Positions 1 through 7,307 are shown, numbered from the stretch's first letter. The stretch: DNA of 55,848 nucleotides from a virus (IMGVR_UViG_3300025102_000033:1-55848); one strand, 5' to 3'. Numbers and translations are program-made. The notes: generated by a model not told the origin, from the letters alone.

Positions 1-25
1 ACCCTGAAACCCCACCAGGATGCCC

Positions 26-49
26 TATAATAACAAAGTAATCAAGGGA
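26..49 (+). promoter_or_regulatory. Early promoter cassette (upstream part cut off by window edge): -10 TATAAT plus shared leader ACAAAGTAATCAAGGGA
   Basis: TATAAT at 26-31; the 17-nt leader at 33-49 is identical to 1081-1097 and 1535-1551 and ends in an SD-like AAGGGA. Confidence 0.7.
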
Positions 50-56
50 ACCACCC

Positions 57-530
57 ATGACCACAACCACCTTTGCCGACTATGCTGCTGCTGCCGAGGC
101 ACGTAAGGATATTGCTGCCAAGGTTCTGGCACACTCCTTTGAGTTGTGTGAAGCACTGCGTCAGAATTACATCAATTATGCGATTCGCATGAGCAAAGTC
201 TCTATGTCAATGGATAATGGTGTGGATAAAAAATACTATGAAGATCGCATTGCTAAACTTGAGAAGGGTATTTGTGATGTAGACTTCACCCTGGATACAG
301 GTCGCAAGTATCACAAAATCTGGCACGTTGATAATGGTTCACGTTCCTGCCATGCTTTCATTGATAAGAAGACCGGTGAAGTCTACAAGCCAGCATCATA
401 CAAGGCACCTGCGAAAGGTGTGCGTTACAATCTGCTGATCATTAAAGAACGTGAGTGGGTTCTTAATCCTGCAAATTGTGATTGGGCAGGTGGTTATCTC
501 TATCGCAACTCTACTTACTTCTGTTCATGA
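57..530 (+). CDS. Conserved T4-like phage early hypothetical protein
   Basis: 157 aa ORF after promoter/RBS; motif GRKYHKI...HAFIDKKTGEVYKPASYKAPAKGVRYNL recognised from cyanophage early proteins. Confidence 0.85.
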   Translation: MTTTTFADYAAAAEARKDIAAKVLAHSFELCEALRQNYINYAIRMSKVSMSMDNGVDKKYYEDRIAKLEKGICDVDFTLDTGRKYHKIWHVDNGSRSCHAFIDKKTGEVYKPASYKAPAKGVRYNLLIIKEREWVLNPANCDWAGGYLYRNSTYFCS

Positions 531-661
531 CATCTAAAGAGAAACTTGTCTTTGTCGGATCATTTATTTGGTTAATGCACTGGGGAACATGTCTAACATC
601 AATCATTGTGGATACGGTTATTCTAAAATCCTCTGTGAGGATATTACCTCTTGGTTTGTGA
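527..661 (+). CDS. Small hydrophobic protein (44 aa, MTSKEKLVFVGSFIWLMHWGTCLTSIIVDTVILKSSVRILPLGL)
   Basis: Read by hand; ATGA overlap with the upstream stop suggests translational coupling; overlaps the next gene in another frame. Confidence 0.5.
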   Translation: MTSKEKLVFVGSFIWLMHWGTCLTSIIVDTVILKSSVRILPLGL

Positions 662-1089
662 ATAACTTCTTTCCACGTCATAAAATTAACGTCACAGTTT
701 TACATCGTGGACTGAAACGTGAACATGCTCTGGGTTACTGTGATGTGATGACTGATGTGGAGGAGTATCCACACAGACCACGTAATTTCCTGATTGAACT
801 TGACACCTACATGGATGAGGAAACTTATTCATTAACTCTTTTTCATGAACTGACCCACATGGCACAGTGGATACGTGGTTCCCTGCGGCACCGATATGGA
901 AAATTGTGTTATTCACTCGAACCAGTGGAAAATTACGACTATTTTGATCAACCACACGAAATTGAGGCACGTAAGGAAGAGATAAGACTACATGAACGGT
1001 ACTTAAATGAGAAACAAGTGGTGTCAGTTGAGGAACCGTCACAGGGATGGTGCAACCGCCTATGTGGTGGTGCTATAATTACAAAGTAA
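589..1089 (+). CDS. HExxH zinc-metallopeptidase-like protein
   Basis: LFHELTHMAQW plus downstream P-H-E-I-E-A third-ligand motif; ATG at 589 preferred over TTG at 568. Confidence 0.75.
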   Translation: MSNINHCGYGYSKILCEDITSWFVNNFFPRHKINVTVLHRGLKREHALGYCDVMTDVEEYPHRPRNFLIELDTYMDEETYSLTLFHELTHMAQWIRGSLRHRYGKLCYSLEPVENYDYFDQPHEIEARKEEIRLHERYLNEKQVVSVEEPSQGWCNRLCGGAIITK

Positions 1090-1097
1090 TCAAGGGA
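1020..1097 (+). promoter_or_regulatory. Early promoter cassette (inverted-repeat box, TATAAT, shared leader)
   Basis: GGTGTCAG-N8-CCGTCACA (1020-1043), TATAAT 1074-1079, leader 1081-1097. Confidence 0.7.
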
Positions 1098-1102
1098 GGG
1101 AC

Positions 1103-1303
1103 ATGCAGACCACCACTGCAACTTACAACATCCGGATCGAATATCGTGATGGAACCGTAGAAGACTTCAACCGAACGATGCCCACCAAACCCACAACACA
1201 CAAAGGTATTGTGGCACAGAACGACAGATTGGTTAGGTGGGTTGATAAGTACGTCGGTCGCCGTGATTGCATCCGCCACACTGTAACTCCTCTTTTTTCC
1301 TGA
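1103..1303 (+). CDS. Hypothetical early protein (66 aa)
   Basis: ORF directly after cassette with GGAGG RBS. Confidence 0.75.
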   Translation: MQTTTATYNIRIEYRDGTVEDFNRTMPTKPTTHKGIVAQNDRLVRWVDKYVGRRDCIRHTVTPLFS

Positions 1304-1306
1304 ATC

Positions 1307-1474
1307 ATGCTCAAGCAACAAGTTCTCAAAGTTGTCGGTCAAACTGCAAATAGTATTGATTCTAAAATGACCCGTGCAGATAAGTTTGATGTTTTCTGTC
1401 GTGTCTGTGATAATCTACTGGAAGATGGTAGAATCAGCAGGATACAGCACGAACGATGGACCAACGTGTTCTAG
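1307..1474 (+). CDS. Hypothetical early protein (55 aa, MLKQQVLKVV...HERWTNVF)
   Basis: Read by hand; fills the gap between ORF 1103-1303 and the next cassette. Confidence 0.7.
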   Translation: MLKQQVLKVVGQTANSIDSKMTRADKFDVFCRVCDNLLEDGRISRIQHERWTNVF

Positions 1475-1551
1475 TGTGACACCTGCCGAACTGACCACTA
1501 ACCGACCACAGGGCACCATCACCCTGCTATAATTACAAAGTAATCAAGGGA
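1475..1551 (+). promoter_or_regulatory. Early promoter cassette
   Basis: TGTGACAC-N8-CTGACCAC (1475-1498), TGcTATAAT extended -10 (hexamer 1528-1533), leader 1535-1551. Confidence 0.75.
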
Positions 1552-1560
1552 ACACACCCG

Positions 1561-1785
1561 ATGCAAATCACTTCCAAGCGTCACTCCATGGTTGTTGAGT
1601 TCCGTCCCCACAACATCCTGACCGATAAGTTTGTTTACACTCTGAAGTTCAAGGATAGTGCAATGTCCATGCGACTGATGACCAAACGTGAGATGAACGA
1701 AACAATCAATTCACGTCTGGACATGGGTTATGAAGTCACCGACATTCTGACCGAACCCCAAGAATACTTTTTTGCTTCCTGCTGA
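1561..1785 (+). CDS. Hypothetical early protein (74 aa)
   Basis: ORF after cassette and RBS. Confidence 0.75.
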   Translation: MQITSKRHSMVVEFRPHNILTDKFVYTLKFKDSAMSMRLMTKREMNETINSRLDMGYEVTDILTEPQEYFFASC

Positions 1786-1931
1786 TGTTTACTAAAGAAG
1801 ACCATGAGTTTATCGACTTTCTGTTCGGTAAACTCACTTCCCTGACTGACACTGACATGATCGATTTGCATGATGATGACACTGCCGGTATTGATGCCCT
1901 TGAATTTGAACAACTTATGATTGACATTTAA
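1785..1931 (+). CDS. Small acidic hypothetical protein (48 aa, MFTKEDHEFIDFLFGKL...)
   Basis: Read by hand; TGATG coupling to the upstream stop. Confidence 0.7.
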   Translation: MFTKEDHEFIDFLFGKLTSLTDTDMIDLHDDDTAGIDALEFEQLMIDI

Positions 1932-1949
1932 TCACAACTGACCTAAAAT
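1921..1949 (+). promoter_or_regulatory. Sigma70-type promoter
   Basis: TTGACA (1921-1926)-N17-TAAAAT (1944-1949). Confidence 0.75.
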
Positions 1950-1973
1950 AGTAAGACAAATTCAATTAATTCC

Positions 1974-2150
1974 ATGGAAGAAAGACTTTACAAAATTCAG
2001 GAAATGACTACTACTGGATGGGAAGATATTGTTGAAGATGACAATTCTAATAGTAAATTGACCAAAGAACAATGTGATGCTAAACTGCAAACCTACCTTG
2101 GAATCGGAATTGCACCAAACAGACTTCGTGCAGTCATCGACAATTCATGA
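1974..2150 (+). CDS. Hypothetical protein (58 aa, MEERLYKIQEMTTTGWED...PNRLRAVIDNS)
   Basis: Read by hand; follows the sigma70 promoter; resembles small conserved cyanophage ORFs. Confidence 0.7.
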   Translation: MEERLYKIQEMTTTGWEDIVEDDNSNSKLTKEQCDAKLQTYLGIGIAPNRLRAVIDNS

Positions 2151-2439
2151 ACTTCCTAGCGATTTCATCCATGAACCCCCGAAAGGTTTTTCCTATGAAG
2201 TTAAGTCTCACAAATCAAATGTTCTTGCTATTTGGTTACTTCATCACCGTAAGTATTGTTATAGCAGCGATCCAGTTAGGACAATCTGGGGATTCTACAA
2301 CACAAAGAAGAGATGCTATTTCTCCCCTGTTAATGCCACCAAGCAAGGTAATCAGGTAGACATTTCTGATACTCGTCCCTATACTGCAATGCAACTCAAA
2401 CTCACACCTCTTGAATATGCACTATACTCCACAAGTTGA
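2128..2439 (+). CDS. Conserved cyanophage hypothetical protein (start uncertain: GTG 2128 or upstream 2074)
   Basis: ELPSDFIHEPPKG...TIWGFYNTKK...TRPYTAMQ pattern recognised from cyanophage proteins. Confidence 0.7.
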   Translation: MQSSTIHELPSDFIHEPPKGFSYEVKSHKSNVLAIWLLHHRKYCYSSDPVRTIWGFYNTKKRCYFSPVNATKQGNQVDISDTRPYTAMQLKLTPLEYALYSTS

Positions 2440-2704
2440 TGACTATGTAAGATGGAATCGTCCAGGAATCAGTGGGCACATTGATGAGGGGTGGGTCTAT
2501 TTTAAGTGTGATGAAAGCATCAGCATTGAAGTTGGAGTCAAAGATAAACCTCATTGTCAATATACCAAAGAAGAAAAACATAAGAAGATTCATATTTTAG
2601 TATGTTGTCCTAATTTTTTGTGGCATCAGTTGGAGTATGTGAAGAACAGAAGAGATGATGTGGATGATTATAAATCACAAGAGCACAGACACATAGATCC
2701 GTGA
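2417..2704 (+). CDS. Conserved cyanophage hypothetical protein
   Basis: YTPQVDDYVRW...EGWVYFKC..SIEVGVKDKP motif; in operon context. Confidence 0.75.
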   Translation: MHYTPQVDDYVRWNRPGISGHIDEGWVYFKCDESISIEVGVKDKPHCQYTKEEKHKKIHILVCCPNFLWHQLEYVKNRRDDVDDYKSQEHRHIDP

Positions 2705-3351
2705 ATCCATATAAAAAAGTATTATTTCCAATACATATCTTTCAGTCTCACATCAAAGAGAATGAAAGAATCAAGGAAGAATTGTGTCATATAATTGAAA
2801 AGTTTCGTAATAGTGGAAATGCAAAAATACCTGATGGGTGGTTGACTGATAATCTTCTGACATCATATGAGGATGAAGACTTTAACTTTGATCTTTTTAC
2901 TCAAAGTGAAATCACACAAAAATTGTATGAAAAATATATTTTAAGATTCTTTGATAGACCCACAAAGGTAAATGTATCAGATATGTGGTTCAACTATTAT
3001 AGTAATGGTGAGTATCAGGAAGTGCATTCACATGTTCAACCGGATATGTTTGCACCACGCCCACATTTCTCATGTATTCATTATTTGAAGTTTGACCCGG
3101 AGGTGCATCAACCAGTTGTATTCAATGATCCGATTAGAGAATTGAGACAGACAAATTCAATCGAACTTGATTCGAATAACTATGAAGAGAAATATGAACC
3201 ACAATTAAGAGAGGGTAGCATACTCATGTTCCCACCATATTTGGAGCACTATGTGCCAAAGTCGGAACCAACTCCTGACAATCCAAGAATCACAGTGGCA
3301 TTTAATATCATCCTGACAGAATATGGAGAGGACAAATTGTATGGACCTTAA
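2701..3351 (+). CDS. 2OG-Fe(II) oxygenase-like protein (TIGR02466 / Oxy_5 type)
   Basis: WFNYY...QEVHSH...FSCIHYL...FPPYLEHYV...RITVAFN: HxH..H..R pattern of the DSBH fold. Confidence 0.85.
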   Translation: MNPYKKVLFPIHIFQSHIKENERIKEELCHIIEKFRNSGNAKIPDGWLTDNLLTSYEDEDFNFDLFTQSEITQKLYEKYILRFFDRPTKVNVSDMWFNYYSNGEYQEVHSHVQPDMFAPRPHFSCIHYLKFDPEVHQPVVFNDPIRELRQTNSIELDSNNYEEKYEPQLREGSILMFPPYLEHYVPKSEPTPDNPRITVAFNIILTEYGEDKLYGP

Positions 3352-3820
3352 TTATATTGACCAGTTCTTTTCTGCAGAGGAGCATCAGATTATTCATGAT
3401 TATTGTAATGATGCAGAGTATTCATATGGTGAGAAGGATGATGTGAATTTACCTGTCACGGGTATGATTCATAATATACCGGAGACAGAGTTTGTTTATA
3501 AGTTAATTAAAAAGAGATTAAAAGACTCTGCCGAACAAGTGCAGAACAAAAAACTCTATCGAATGTATGTAAATTGTTTTGTGCCATGTGAACGTCCATA
3601 CTTTCATACCGATGGTGATGAAGGAGTAACATTTTTGTATTATCCGAATATGAAATGGGACAAAGATGATGGTGGTGAGACACAATTTTTGATGAATGAT
3701 GATCTGTATGGTGTATTACCAATACCGAATCGTATGGTCGTGTTTAGTGCCAATCTACTACATCGTGCCACCACATTTAGAAATGACCATCGATTCACCG
3801 TTGCAATTAAGTATATTTGA
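3341..3820 (+). CDS. 2OG-Fe(II) oxygenase (prolyl-hydroxylase-like)
   Basis: HTD...GGET.F...PNRMVVF...HRA...RFT: HxD..H..RxT; RBS GGAGAGG upstream of ATG 3341. Confidence 0.85.
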   Translation: MDLNYIDQFFSAEEHQIIHDYCNDAEYSYGEKDDVNLPVTGMIHNIPETEFVYKLIKKRLKDSAEQVQNKKLYRMYVNCFVPCERPYFHTDGDEGVTFLYYPNMKWDKDDGGETQFLMNDDLYGVLPIPNRMVVFSANLLHRATTFRNDHRFTVAIKYI

Positions 3821-3827
3821 ATAAATA
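3820..3827 (+). promoter_or_regulatory. Probable T4-type late promoter
   Basis: AATAAATA, one mismatch to TATAAATA, 25 nt upstream of the adhesin-like gene. Confidence 0.45.
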
Positions 3828-3852
3828 AATATGGATAAAAACTGGTCATGTA

Positions 3853-5040
3853 ATGGCAATCAATAACACACAAACTAAATTCTTTGAGTCCGGAGAGATT
3901 AAGTTTAGTGCGATTAGAAATACTTTTGGTGATTTACCGGGCACAGATGTAAAGGCATCGGATTATTTGAGAAATGCCGGTGATGATGTTGATTGGTCTG
4001 ATGATTCTACCATCAGTCCCAGAGTGCCGAATGCAACAGAAAATGCAGATGTATCAACGTCAACTAATTGGCAAATGTCACATCTGAGAGATTCGATTGT
4101 AGAATATAATATCACACAAAGTGGAAATAATGAAGAATTAGAATTTGCGGATAGTAATACCGGAACCTGGAATAACAATCTATCGAAGAATGTTCCAAAG
4201 AGAATGAATGTGGGAGGAGTTGTTTATGCGAATGAGGTTAGTAAGTATGCACTCAAGTTTAGTGCAGGAGAATATAATAATCTAACAATTAATGTACCGG
4301 ATGGTGGTGCAATCTATGGTGAGGGTGGTGCTGCCGGAGGAGGAAATGGTGGTGGTGCTCTGTATATTGAAAATACTGCCACATATGATAATGTATCAAT
4401 CACATTAGGAAGTAATGGTCGAATCTGGGCAGGTGGTGGCGGAGGAGATAATGGAAACAGTGGAAATAGTGGTAGTAGTATATCATGTTTCACTAATTCA
4501 AATCATAATGCAGGTTATGGAGATGGTGGAAGAAATTATAATTCGGGTTCTGCACAAAATGCCTGTCAAAGTGCATCACCGAGTGGATCATATGATGTTC
4601 AGGTCGTAACTGCCACTCCGACAAGTGTAAGAAGTCGTTGTCGTGGTGGAACATTTCGTAGAGGACAAGGATGGAATTCATCCAATAAAACAGGATATTC
4701 ATGTAGTCCTAACTGGTCAATGAATTGTTCATCGAAGATTGCAAATAACATTGCCGGTGGTAGTGGTGGAACCGGTGGTAATGGTGGAGTCGGACAAGGA
4801 TTCAGCAATCAAAGTGCACCCGGATCAGGAAATTCGGGTAATGGTGGTAATACTAATACATGTGCGGCAAGTGGTGCAACAAGTGTCGGAAATGATGGAA
4901 ATAGTGGTAGTTCCGGCGGAACATGGGGAGTCGGTGCATCAAATGGTGGAAATGCAGGTTTTGCCGTTTTAAGAAGTAGAACAGCAATTAATAGTGGACA
5001 ATCCAGTAATACGGTCAAGGGAGCAGTCGGTAATATATAA
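3853..5040 (+). CDS. Glycine-rich tail-fibre adhesin-like protein (gp38-like)
   Basis: N-terminal SGEIKFSAIRxxFG segment; GAIYGEGG, GGGAL, IWAGGGGG and repeated Gly-rich blocks as in T-even gp38 adhesins; six Cys in the C-terminal half. Confidence 0.65.
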   Translation: MAINNTQTKFFESGEIKFSAIRNTFGDLPGTDVKASDYLRNAGDDVDWSDDSTISPRVPNATENADVSTSTNWQMSHLRDSIVEYNITQSGNNEELEFADSNTGTWNNNLSKNVPKRMNVGGVVYANEVSKYALKFSAGEYNNLTINVPDGGAIYGEGGAAGGGNGGGALYIENTATYDNVSITLGSNGRIWAGGGGGDNGNSGNSGSSISCFTNSNHNAGYGDGGRNYNSGSAQNACQSASPSGSYDVQVVTATPTSVRSRCRGGTFRRGQGWNSSNKTGYSCSPNWSMNCSSKIANNIAGGSGGTGGNGGVGQGFSNQSAPGSGNSGNGGNTNTCAASGATSVGNDGNSGSSGGTWGVGASNGGNAGFAVLRSRTAINSGQSSNTVKGAVGNI

Positions 5041-5056
5041 TTAAAAATATGATATA

Positions 5057-5392
5057 ATGGATGATGTGAAACTATCAACAATTGTATTTCATTTTTTGGA
5101 TGAATTCTTTCTACAGGAAGCATCCGGTAAGGTATGGACTGCATCAAAGAAATGTCAAAAGGAAAGATGGTCTATTTGTGAAGGATGTGAGCACTTTGAT
5201 GAACCCGAAGAAGGATGTAGGTATTGTGGATGTTACTTACCACATAAGATAATAGATCCATTTGGTGATTGCCCATTAGATAAGTGGATATCAAATAGTG
5301 ATGCATGGTACGAAGAACATTTTGATTTTATCAAAGACAAACTAATTGAAAAGAATCCAGAACTGAAGGAGTATTTGAATGGAAAGGATTGA
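5057..5392 (+). CDS. Cys-rich putative metal-binding protein (DUF6171-like)
   Basis: ERxxICxxCE...CxxCGC...K...CPxxKW. Confidence 0.75.
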   Translation: MDDVKLSTIVFHFLDEFFLQEASGKVWTASKKCQKERWSICEGCEHFDEPEEGCRYCGCYLPHKIIDPFGDCPLDKWISNSDAWYEEHFDFIKDKLIEKNPELKEYLNGKD

Positions 5393-5981
5393 ACTCAAAG
5401 GTGAATATAGTGACTTTATCGGAACATATCATAATGTTTATGATTCGAAGTTCTGTGATGGTGTCATAAAAGCATTTGATTATTATCAGGAGATAGATGC
5501 AGTTTTCTGTGAGGATAATCAATTTGAGAACAGTAATGCCGGACGATTCGATTGGGCATTAGATCTATCAGAGATGAATCCTGCAATGAAGGATAATCAT
5601 TCACAATTACTGAATGAGACATTGCAATCATGTTTTGATGAATATGTGAATGTCTTTGGTCATCTAAAGACTGTACCAATGTATTCACTTTCACAGAAGA
5701 TACAAAAGACTCCTGCCGGTGGTGGTTATCATGTCTGGCACGATGAGAATTCAGGACTGGAACATTCGAATCGATGTCTTGTATGGATGATCTATTTGAA
5801 TGATGATTATGAGGGTGGAGAGACTGAATATTTGTATTATAAGAAAAGGATAAAACCTGAAAAGGGAAAGTTACTAATATGGCCCGCAGGTATGACACAT
5901 TGCCATAGAGGAGGGTTAGTATTATCAGGAACAAAATATATTGCAACAGGATGGTTCTATCTGGCAAATTACAATGGATGA
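5379..5981 (+). CDS. 2OG-Fe(II) oxygenase (cyanophage Oxy_3 type)
   Basis: GGGYHVWHDE...WMIYLND...GGET...WPAGMTHCHRG...KYIATGW. Confidence 0.9.
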   Translation: MERIELKGEYSDFIGTYHNVYDSKFCDGVIKAFDYYQEIDAVFCEDNQFENSNAGRFDWALDLSEMNPAMKDNHSQLLNETLQSCFDEYVNVFGHLKTVPMYSLSQKIQKTPAGGGYHVWHDENSGLEHSNRCLVWMIYLNDDYEGGETEYLYYKKRIKPEKGKLLIWPAGMTHCHRGGLVLSGTKYIATGWFYLANYNG

Positions 5982-6243
5982 TAAGAAGGAAGAGTTTCCT
6001 AATATAAAGGAACAAGGGAAGAATCTGGCAAAGTTTACATTTGAAGTGGTGAAAGATAGTGTGACACATTTATCTACACCATCAGAGGTATTTGCAAATG
6101 AAGAGTTAAAGGAAGAAAGAATGAGTATATGTAAGAAGTGTGAGTATTATAGTTTGAGACAGAATAGATGTAAGCACTGTGGTTGTTGGTTAGAACATAA
6201 GGTTAAGTTTAGTTCAAGTCAGTGTCCTGTTCATAAGTGGTGA
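5974..6243 (+). CDS. Cys-rich putative metal-binding protein (paralogue of 5057-5392)
   Basis: ERMSICKKCE...CKHCGC...K...CPVHKW; ATG 5974 overlaps the upstream stop region. Confidence 0.75.
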   Translation: MDDKKEEFPNIKEQGKNLAKFTFEVVKDSVTHLSTPSEVFANEELKEERMSICKKCEYYSLRQNRCKHCGCWLEHKVKFSSSQCPVHKW

Positions 6244-6244
6244 A

Positions 6245-6484
6245 ATGAAGAGTATTCTACGTATATGGAAGTATTCATTAGGGTCGTTCTCTGATGGTAA
6301 GACTGAACCATATGATAACTGGATTGCTATTATTAGAAGTATTATCTTTGTCTCTTATATGGTGACGAATGCCTTTATTGTGTCCGGAGTCATTAGACAT
6401 TGGGACACTTCGCGTCCCGCACCCCTTCGGGATTGGAATTCGAGTGATTGTGTATCCGTTGATACAGAATTAATTAAAAAATAG
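6245..6484 (+). CDS. Small membrane protein, conserved in cyanophages
   Basis: RIWKYSLGSFSD...hydrophobic helix...GVIRHW. Confidence 0.75.
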   Translation: MKSILRIWKYSLGSFSDGKTEPYDNWIAIIRSIIFVSYMVTNAFIVSGVIRHWDTSRPAPLRDWNSSDCVSVDTELIKK

Positions 6485-6548
6485 GTTTTAAATATGTTTA
6501 TAAATATAAAACTCTTTTTTATTTGAATTGTTAAATCTTTTGGTTTGT

Positions 6549-6662
6549 GGTGTCTTGAGAGGGTATTCGGAGTGTCTTTGTAGATACTTTGGAGTGTCTT
6601 TAAGTATCTCATAAAGGTCAGATCTTATGTTCTTTTAATCTTATAAAGGGTCAGATCTTATG
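6549..6662. repeat. Phased direct repeats in non-coding DNA
   Basis: GTGTCTT at 6550, 6572, 6594 (22-bp period; GGAGTGTCTTT twice); GGTCAGATCTTATG at 6616 and 6649 (33-bp period). Confidence 0.85.
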
Positions 6663-6673
6663 CAAGTTTAGCG

Positions 6674-6702
6674 AGCGTATCATGGAGAGCGCGGTTTGTC
6701 AA
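6674..6702 (-). promoter_or_regulatory. Antisense sigma70-type promoter
   Basis: Minus strand TTGACA (6702-6697)-N17-TACGCT (6679-6674) with extended TGn. Confidence 0.55.
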
Positions 6703-6722
6703 CCCACAGGGCGCAAAATTTT

Positions 6723-6933
6723 TCTCGACGAGATACAAAATGTAATATAAAGACATCTTATAGTATAAATATATTGATTCGATGAATCTCGACGAGACAT
6801 CATACTTGACACTCGACGAGATATCTGTTATACTCATATCATAATCATCCAATCTCGACGAGAACCATGAACGATTACGAAACATCATACATATGGGACT
6901 ACGAGATGTCATGCCATGATTATCTCGACGAGA
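6723..6933. repeat. Five copies of the interrupted palindrome (T)CTCG-A-CGAGA
   Basis: TCTCGACGAGA at 6723, 6787, 6853, 6923; ACTCGACGAGA at 6811; extra ACGAGA half-sites at 6901, 6989, 7057, 7174. Confidence 0.9.
6806..6834 (+). promoter_or_regulatory. Strong sigma70 promoter with a palindrome inside the spacer
   Basis: TTGACA (6806-6811)-N17-TATACT (6829-6834), extended TG; CTCGACGAG occupies 6812-6820. Confidence 0.8.
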
Positions 6934-7037
6934 CATATGCATATCATAATGTGTCACCATACACATATGATCTAGACGACGAGTATGCACGAGATAGCAC
7001 AGACTATCAGGCACTTGCATACAGACATTATGCATGA
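6867..7037 (+). CDS. Small acidic Tyr-rich protein (56 aa, MNDYETSYIWDY...DYQALAYRHYA)
   Basis: Read by hand; first ORF after the promoter; C-terminus resembles a small cyanophage ORF family. Confidence 0.6.
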   Translation: MNDYETSYIWDYEMSCHDYLDETYAYHNVSPYTYDLDDEYARDSTDYQALAYRHYA

Positions 7038-7067
7038 TACAATACGTAAACATCGCACGAGATTCCC

Positions 7068-7220
7068 ATGTATGCACACAAGCGCATTGTAAGTGTAACA
7101 TTAGACATCGAATGTTATGAAGACCTCGACCTCAAGATGCTGGATTGGCGAGAAATCCTAGATCTTCAAGGTGACGAGAACGTCGATGTTAGCATCAAGG
7201 AGACTGCAGACGTATACTAG
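7068..7220 (+). CDS. Small acidic hypothetical protein (50 aa, MYAHKRIVSVTLDIECYEDL...)
   Basis: Read by hand; ends exactly where the next promoter cassette starts. Confidence 0.7.
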   Translation: MYAHKRIVSVTLDIECYEDLDLKMLDWREILDLQGDENVDVSIKETADVY

Positions 7221-7278
7221 TGTGCCAGTTCGGAAACTGTCCACTAAATCCCCATGGGGGTCCAAAATCGTGTATTGT
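7221..7278 (+). promoter_or_regulatory. Early promoter cassette
   Basis: TGTGCCAG-N8-CTGTCCAC (7221-7244), 28 nt, TATTGT (7273-7278). Confidence 0.75.
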
Positions 7279-7307
7279 AGTTTCAGTTGAGAAATTTGTT
7301 TTCTTAA

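Noticed and set aside
3853-5040. Diversity-generating retroelement target
   Set aside because: No reverse transcriptase and no template/variable repeat pair differing at adenines seen in the window
6355-6612. 85-aa minus-strand ORF downstream of the antisense promoter
   Set aside because: Translates DNA repeats and an AT-rich tract, overlaps a conserved + gene and has no RBS; cannot be fully excluded without Ribo-seq
6723-6933. CRISPR or mini-array reading of the palindromic repeats
   Set aside because: Repeats are only 11 bp, gaps are irregular (53, 13, 31, 59 nt) and no cas gene is present in the window
6658-7101. 147-aa minus-strand ORF
   Set aside because: Antisense to two plausible + ORFs and a strong + promoter; odd composition (Met/His/Cys-rich, SSR repeats from the palindromes); no RBS
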